From: an uncultured Acidobacteriota bacterium
GTDB lineage: Bacteria > Acidobacteriota > Thermoanaerobaculia > UBA5066 > Gp7-AA6
DNA: 64,000 nt
Assembly (NCBI GenBank): GCA_963764715.1
Contig: CAVXTP010000006.1
Coordinates: 64,001 to 128,000 of the forward strand
Reading direction: 5' to 3'
Position numbers and translations under genes: made by a program
Shown: in pieces, positions 57,389 through 64,000 of the stretch
Layout: the number at the start of each line of letters is the position of its first letter
Position numbering within the stretch: position 1 is the first letter of the stretch
The notes under the pieces: model-generated
What the model saw: only the letters and a program-made list of their open reading frames with translations
What the model was told of the DNA's origin: nothing
Databases searched by the model: none

Positions 57389-58798
57389 TCAGGCCTCCCT
57401 GGCCAGTCGCGGAGCGACGCGGTCGCGGACGGACGCCGCCGCGACCCGTCGCCGCGGAAGCAGGAGCAACGTTCCCGAGATTCCGAACGCAAAGGACACC
57501 GACGCCAGCCGCATGCCGTCCACGGCCATGCTCAGGAGACTGTAGACGAGCATGCCCGCGGCCAGCGCCTTGTCCAGTCGGGTGGGAGCCCTTCGAATGT
57601 TGCGCAGCACCATCACGCCGAGAAGCACGAGCGACGCCAGACCGAGGATCCCGTGCTCCGCGAGGAGGCGTGTGTACTCCGTGTGCGCCGTCGCCACGTG
57701 GAAGTACTTGAGACGGTTCTTTCCTCCCATCCCGGGCCCGGCGCCGAGCACCGGGTTCTCGGACCAGGTCTTCAGGTCGCCCTTGATGAGGAGGTCGCGT
57801 CCCGTACTGTCGGTGTTTCCGAAGCGCGCCCCGATGGCGCCTCCGGTCAGCGCCTCGAGGCGCGGCCATACGACGAAGAACAGAAGCGGCAAGACGACGG
57901 CCGCGGCCCCGAGGAGCCTCCATCGGGAGCGCCGGTCGCGGGCCAGGTAGAACGCCGCCGCGAGAATCCCGCCGGCCGCCATGTACAGCCCGCCCCGGGA
58001 GAAGGTGATGGCACACTGGCGAAAAAGGTAGATGGTCAGCAAGCCTAGCCCGGCGGTCGCCACCCTGTTCCCGGTCCCGATCAGCATCCAGAAGACCGCC
58101 GCGAGAATCCCGAGGCCCAGGATTGCCGAGACCTGGTTCGGGCCGAAGCCGCCGCTCGTGATCGCGTTGGATGCGTTCGCGAACTCTTCGGGCTGGAACT
58201 TGTTGAACGTCATTGTCGAAACGGTCGCGATCGACACGATTGGCGCGATCAGGAAAGCGTAGACCCACCTCAGCTCGCGCTTGCTGAGCCGAAGCGTGGA
58301 GAAGAACATCACGCTCGCCGCGAGCGCGAGCGGCCCGGACAGATTGAAGCTGAGTTGGCCGCGTGCCTCCTCAGCGTTCAGGCGAAGTACCGTAAGGATG
58401 GCCGAAGGCAGCAGGAGCAGGAAGTAGACCGCGGGAACCCAGGACCGTCGCGCCTGCCAGGTCCGGACGATGGCGATGACGAGCACCAGAACCAGGGCGT
58501 ACTTGGCGAACTCCCATGGAACCTTCGCCTTCCGCATCCGCCAGAACACTTCGGCGCCCGTGATGTAGGCGGCGGCCGCGGCGACACGCTCCCAGTGCGA
58601 CGACGTCAGGGCGAGGACGACGCCGCACGCGAGGGCGAGGAGCGCGTGGCCAGTGGCCAGATTCGAATTCTTCGGGATCAGCAGCGCCACCGGCACGTGG
58701 GCCGCCAGCAGAAGAAACTGCCAGGGCCAATCCGGCCGCGGCGCGGCCGGCATCGCGGCGACCGACGCGACGGGCGGCGCGATCGCCCGCGGTCTCAC
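57389..58798 (-). CDS. O-antigen ligase / Wzy polymerase-family membrane protein
   Basis: About 11 hydrophobic segments; TFSRGG, TGR, GAGPG, AHTEY..LAEHGILG. Confidence 0.85.
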   Translation of the reverse strand: MRPRAIAPPVASVAAMPAAPRPDWPWQFLLLAAHVPVALLIPKNSNLATGHALLALACGVVLALTSSHWERVAAAAAYITGAEVFWRMRKAKVPWEFAKYALVLVLVIAIVRTWQARRSWVPAVYFLLLLPSAILTVLRLNAEEARGQLSFNLSGPLALAASVMFFSTLRLSKRELRWVYAFLIAPIVSIATVSTMTFNKFQPEEFANASNAITSGGFGPNQVSAILGLGILAAVFWMLIGTGNRVATAGLGLLTIYLFRQCAITFSRGGLYMAAGGILAAAFYLARDRRSRWRLLGAAAVVLPLLFFVVWPRLEALTGGAIGARFGNTDSTGRDLLIKGDLKTWSENPVLGAGPGMGGKNRLKYFHVATAHTEYTRLLAEHGILGLASLVLLGVMVLRNIRRAPTRLDKALAAGMLVYSLLSMAVDGMRLASVSFAFGISGTLLLLPRRRVAAASVRDRVAPRLAREA

Positions 58799-59938
58799 GC
58801 CGCCTCCAGGTCGAGGATCCGGCGAACCGCGCCGAGATAGCTGGAGTAGGTGAAACCCGCGGCCGCCGACATCGCTCGCGAAGCGTCCCGCTCCCAGCCC
58901 CGCGGATCCTGCACGTAGGCCGCGATCGCGTCGACGAAGGCCTCGCGGTCGTGGGGGTCGAGGGCCTTCCCCGCACCGAAGGCCTCCAGGTACTGGGGAA
59001 TGCTGCTGACCGCGCCCGCCAGCGGCACGACGCCGTAGGCCATCCCCTCGCTCAGGACCTTCGGCCATCCCTCGCTCGACGTGGACGGAAACAGCAGGAT
59101 GTGGGCCGAGGCGTAGAGGTCGTTCAAGGCCGGCCGCGGCACCCAGCCGAGCATGCGCACCCGTCCTTCGAGGCCCCCGGAAGCGATCCGCGCCTTCAGT
59201 GCCTCGCGGTCCGGCCCGTCCCCCACGAGGTCGAGCCGCGCGTCGATGCCGCGCCGCGAGAGGCCGTCGGTGATGTCGACCGCGCGGCCGCAGCCCTTCG
59301 CGTCCTCGATCCGGCCAACGAAGAGCAGGCGCAAGGGCGACGACAGCCGCTTCGCGGAGCCGACGATCGCTCCGTCGCGGAGCTCTTCCTCCGTCAGGCA
59401 GGGATTCAGGAAGGGACGCACGTGCCCCGGCTGATCCGGCCACTGACCGTTCACCGTGACCACCGCGCGCGCCACGCCGCGCGCGAGCAGCCAGCGCTGG
59501 AGTGCGTAGGAGACGAAGTCTCCCCCGCTCGGCCGCCAGTTGCCGGCGTACTTGATCCAGCGCCTTCGCGGCTCGCGCACGACGGCGAGCAAGAGGATCG
59601 CGAGGAGGCCGATGTTCGCGGGGCAGCGCACGTGCACGACGTCGCAGCGGCGCAGCTCGCGCCGGAGGACGCGCACGTACTCCGCCCAGACGCCGAGCAC
59701 CCCGAGCTTGGCTCCGAACGATTCGCCGCCCGCCGGCCGAACCGGCACGAATCGAACGTTGGTCGCCTCGTAGGGCAAGCGCGCTCGCCGGCGCCGGGCC
59801 GTCGTAGAGAGGCGCGACGTGGGTCAGCTCGGTGAAGAGGCCGGCCAGGCGGCTCAGCTCGCGGACGGTGGGGCCCCAGCCCACGATTCGATCGCCGACC
59901 CGGTGGTGCGCGGTGTGCGAGATGACGAGGAGCTTCAT
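58795..59938 (-). CDS. glycosyltransferase family 4 (indel near 59775)
   Basis: LLFVGRIEDAKG, SEGWPKVLSEGMAYG. Confidence 0.88.
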
Positions 59939-59948
59939 GAGGTCGTGC

Positions 59949-61152
59949 TCACAGGGCCGCCCGGCGGGCGACGGCGGAGGCGGCGTCGACGGAACCGGCG
60001 ACTCCGGCGACGCTCCGCAACGCCTCGTCGTACCGTGCCGCGCACCGCTCCCAGGTCTGCTCGGCGCTCGCCCGGCGACGGGCGCGCTCCCCCATCGCCC
60101 GGCGCTCCGCTTCGTTCTCGAGGAGAGAGAGAATCGCACCGGCCGTGGCCGGGGCATCCTCGGCCGGGACCACGAGGCCCGTCTCCCCGTCACGTACGGC
60201 CTCGGCGAGGCCCGAGCCGCCCGAGACGACCGAGGGCAAGCCGCAGAGCGCCGCCTCGACCGCGGCGATCCCGTAGCCTTCGACGTCCCCGTCCGCGGTC
60301 CGGCGGCTCGTCATCACGAAGACGTCCGCCGCGTTCAGCAGGCGGACGAGACGATCCGCCTCGACGCGGCCGAGCAGCCGAACGTGATCCTTCACGCCGA
60401 GGCTTTCGGCCAGCTCCTCGAGCTCCCGCCCGCGGGTCGGAAGCCCGGCCACCAGATAGTGTGTGTTCGGTTGGCGCCGAAGAATCTCGGGGAGGGCGCG
60501 CACGACGATGTCGTGGCCTTTTCGCTCGGTCACGTTGCCCACGCTGAGGAGGATCCGGGCCCCTTCGAGCCCGAGCGCTCGCGCGCTCGGACAGCGCTTC
60601 GTCGGGCGGCAGCCGGAGAAAGCGCTCGTGATCGGCGCCGTTGGGAATCACCCACTCGTGCCGTGGCCGGATGCCGGCCTCGTGCATCCGGACTCGCGTG
60701 AACTCGCTGACGCAGACGACGCCGGTCGCGCGGCGGAATGCCCAGCGCACGGCATGCGCCTCCCAGCCCGCGCCGACATCCGAACTCCGTTCCGTGCCCG
60801 ACCGCGATCCAGGGAAGATCGCGGCCGGTGGAACGGGCCGGCCGTCAGAATCACGGACCGGCTGCCGGAGGCGAGAATCGCCGTCGGCCGGTGCCGGCGA
60901 AGCCAGCGGGAGAGCTCGATCGGACCGATACAGGGCCTCGATCGGCGGCCCGGAGATGCGGCGGAACCGCACCACGGGGAACGGCTGCGATGCATTGAAC
61001 TGGCCGATCTCCGACTCCGAGGCGTAGTCCTGCGAGGTCAAGACCACGACCTCCCACCCGCGTCGCGCGAGCGCGACCGAAAGCCGGTGGGCATGCGTGC
61101 CGATCCCTCCGGGACCGGGCGGGAACTCGCTCGACACGACCAGCAGGCGCAT
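59949..61152 (-). CDS. glycosyltransferase family 4 (several indels 60570-60920)
   Basis: EFPPGPGGIG, VSEFT, IPNG, ERKGHD, EGYGIAAVEAALCG. Confidence 0.88.
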
Positions 61153-62816
61153 CAGACAGCCTCGACGGCCCGGCCATCCGGAAGAGGTCGCGGGATCTGC
61201 GGGAAATCCTTGAGCATCGCATCGGCCAGCCGGGTCCGGCGGCGCATCGTCCAGATGCTGTGAGGGAGGAGAAGCAGAGCCGCGGCGACTTTGGCGGCCT
61301 TCTTCCAGCGATCCGCCCCGAACGCTGAACGTTCCGAGAGCCGAAAGCCACAGCATCTCCCGGACCTGCCGGTCGGAGAAGTAGCGCCGCGCGAGATAGA
61401 TCTCGGTCGTGGAGAGCAGGTGTCGGTGCCACAGCCTCTTCCGGCTGCTCGCATACGTGATCACGCGGGCCCCGTGAGTCCGCAGCCCGCCGCTCGGCGC
61501 GTGGCGATGGAGGACGCGGTTGTCGGCGTGAAGGATCATGAGGTTGCCGGCGAGGTAGAGGCGCATGCCGAGGTCGGCGTCCGCGCGGGCGCCCCGGTCG
61601 TACGCGAGATCGAAGAGCCCCGAGCCGGAAAGAATGCTCTTGCGGATGAGCGAGTTGTTCGTCGGGAAGACGTCGCTGACGCGGGTCAGGCGGAACGCCT
61701 CGGGGATCGGGCCCGCCCCGTCCTCTTCGGCGACGCCGCAGGACACGTCGTTGCGGAACTGTTCGAGCGCCGCGAGATGCCTCGCGACGAGATCCGGCGG
61801 AACCTCGTCGTCGTCGTCGAGGAACAGCAGGAAGTCGCCGACGGAGGCCTGGATGCCGGCGTTGCGCGAGGAGCACTGGCCGGCCCGGTCGAGCTCGAGA
61901 AGACGGATGGGAAGCTCCGGAAACTTCGCGGCCAGGTCCTTGCGGCGGCGGTCGAGAGGCGTCTGGTCGACGATGACGATCTCGAGCGGCGGGACGGTCT
62001 GGCTCCCGAAGCTGGGAGAGCAGCTTCTCGAGGTACGGATAGCGGTCGACGGTCGGAATGAGGATCGTGACCGCGCCCCGCGGTTTCTCCGGAGGCCGCG
62101 AGTCCCGGCCGCCGCGTCTCGGAAGTTCGCCGGCGCGGGCGGCGGCGGGGAGCTTCGTCACCCGACCGAAGCGTGCCGAGACCGGGTCCCGGGGCCGTCC
62201 GGCCCGTCAGGACCATGCGGAGACAGGCCCAGCGGACCCAGCGCCGCCCGAATCGATAGTAGAGGAATCGCAGCTCGTCCTCGAGCGGAACGTCCGGGAC
62301 GTTCCGCCGCGCCGTGGCCGCTCCGGCGAGCCACCCGAGGTGGCGCATCAGTACGCCCGCGCGCACGCAGCGGTGGCCGAATTCGAGCGCCGCGCCGGTG
62401 AGCGTCCGAAACTCGGGCCGCACGCTTCCCATCCGGCGCAGGACCTCGGTCCGAACGAGGCAGGCGTCGAACGACAGCCGCCACGAAGTGGCTTCGATCG
62501 AGACATCGGGATCCCGGTTCAGCATCCACGTCGGAGCGACGTGGTCGATGGCGCGCGGAAGCCCGCCCATGCCGAGCCGCAGGCCGGCGTGCCAGAGGTC
62601 GCCGGGGCGGTCCAGGGCCTCCATCACGCGAGCGGCGTCGGGTGCGCCGAGGTCGGCCGACCAGAAGAGCCACGCCGCCGCCCCCGACCCGGGGAGCTCC
62701 CGGGCGACGCACTTTGCGATCGAGTCCGGCGTCGCCTCGGCGCGCAGGGTCGGACCGGGGGACCACCGGGGCGGCTCACCTCCCCCGATCCAGACGAGCG
62801 CGACTTCCTGGCTCAC
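61152..62816 (-). CDS. glycosyltransferase family 2 with N-terminal extension (indels)
   Basis: VTILIPTVDR, IIVVDQT, RNAG, LLFLDDD, DADLGMR, GGLR. Confidence 0.82.
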
Positions 62817-64000
62817 GATCGAGCCCCTCCCGCGGCGGCCACCGGCTCCGCGACGCTCTCCGCCTGGGACGCGGCGGGTTTCTCGAGAACCTGCTCGAAG
62901 AATCTCTCGAACCGATTCAGCTGGTCCACGAGCCTGAACTTCTCCAGGACCCGGCGCCGGCCCGCCTTGCCCATCCGTTCGCGGAGCGCGGGATCGCGCC
63001 AGAGAACCTCGAGCTTTTCGGCGAGCGCGGCGGGATTGCGGCGCGGGACGACGAAGCCCGTTTCGCCGTCGGCTACGTTCTCGGGCAGTCCGTCGGCATC
63101 CGTGCAGACGACCGGCAGCTCCATCGACTGCGCCTCCATCGCGGCGTTGCAGAATCCCTCGGAGACCGCGGCATGGAGCAGGACGTCCGCAGCTCTGCAT
63201 CTCGCGGCGGACGTCTTCGCGCGAACCTGCCCCCAGAAGCTCCACGACTCTCTCCAGCCCCAGCTCATGGCGCGCAAACGCCACGGCTCCCAGGTACTCG
63301 CCGTCGCCCACGATCCGGTACTCGCACGGAACGCCCCGGTCGACGAGACGGCGAATCGCGAGCAGCGCGTCTTCATACCCCTTCTTCCATTCGAGGCGAC
63401 CGACGCTCAGGATCCGGAACGGCCGGCCGGGATCGGCGGCGGCCCGCGCCTCCGGCCGGAAGAACTCGTGATCGATCGCCGGCGGGATGAGCGCATGGAA
63501 TCGGTCGGGAGGGCATCCCCGCCGGCGGGCCCGGCGCCACAGGTCCTCGCCCAGGAAATGGAGGCCCGCCGCCTGCGACCAGACGGGCTCGAAGTGGTAC
63601 GGCTGATCGAGCCCGACGTAATTCACGTCGTAGCCGCGAAAGCTCACGGTGATGCGACAGCCCAGCAGCTCGCGAAGGTACATGCGGCCGGTCGCCAGCG
63701 AACCGAACTCGAAATGCAGAATGTCGGGGCCGAGCCGGACGAGATCGGCGTCGAGGTAGAGCCGGGCGATCGCTCCGAGCAACCCGAATCGCGGAATGGC
63801 GCGGCGGAGGTAACGCAGCGTGCGGCGGGGCGCCACCTCGAGGGTCCGGAGCAGGCTCACCGGCGCGAGCAGCACGGCCTTCCAGCGGGGCTCCTTCGGC
63901 CAGGCGACGTGAATGCGCTCCATCGCGCCGGCAGCTTCCGTGAGGTGCGGGAACAGCGCCCGGTGTTTCTCCTCGCTCCGGCCGCAGACGACGTGCACGT
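62813..64000 (-). CDS. glycosyltransferase family 4, WcaL-like (5' end outside window; indel near 63195)
   Basis: SFRGYD, LSVGRLEWKKG, SEGFCNAAMEAQSM. Confidence 0.88.

Noticed and set aside
47822-64000. Decay or phase variation of the polysaccharide locus
   Set aside because: Indels are not at long homopolymer or SSR tracts, I saw no nonsense decay, and rpoB shows the same defect. Read polishing is needed before any such claim.

Overview
GC-rich bacterial window, probably Acidobacteriota (inferred from the Cys-rich insert in RpoB, the rplM-rpsI-rpsB-tsf order and the Cys-containing SLH-like proteins; Thermoanaerobaculia-like). Many single-base indels, including in rpoB, point to long-read errors rather than pseudogenes. 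Layout: (1) 1-15.1 kb, a minus-strand translation/transcription super-cluster (rplM, rpsI, rpsB, tsf, pyrH, frr, ispD, ispF, rlmB, 4 tRNAs, tuf, rpmG, tRNA-Trp, secE, nusG, rplK, rplA, rplJ, rplL, rpoB). (2) 15.2-20.4 kb, two secreted PQQ-sugar-dehydrogenase-like proteins with SLH-like tails. (3) 20.5-24.4 kb, an ATP-grasp / FemAB-like GNAT / ThDP-enzyme operon. (4) 24.5-38.7 kb, an atypical LuxR (VpsT/CsgD-like) regulator divergent from five tandem secreted beta-helix paralogs with near-identical heads, graded Pro/Thr stalks and swapped C-terminal modules. Four of the five share an upstream box (CTGTACnAAnT-N13/14-CAGT) 22-23 bp before a TAnnnT -10 element, and three look leaderless. (5) 38.8-64 kb, two converging polysaccharide clusters: a CDP-sugar/C-methyltransferase/DUF4910 module and a Wzy-type glycosyltransferase locus. 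The best novel-system candidate is the regulator + promoter box + modular beta-helix array + adjacent glycan locus.
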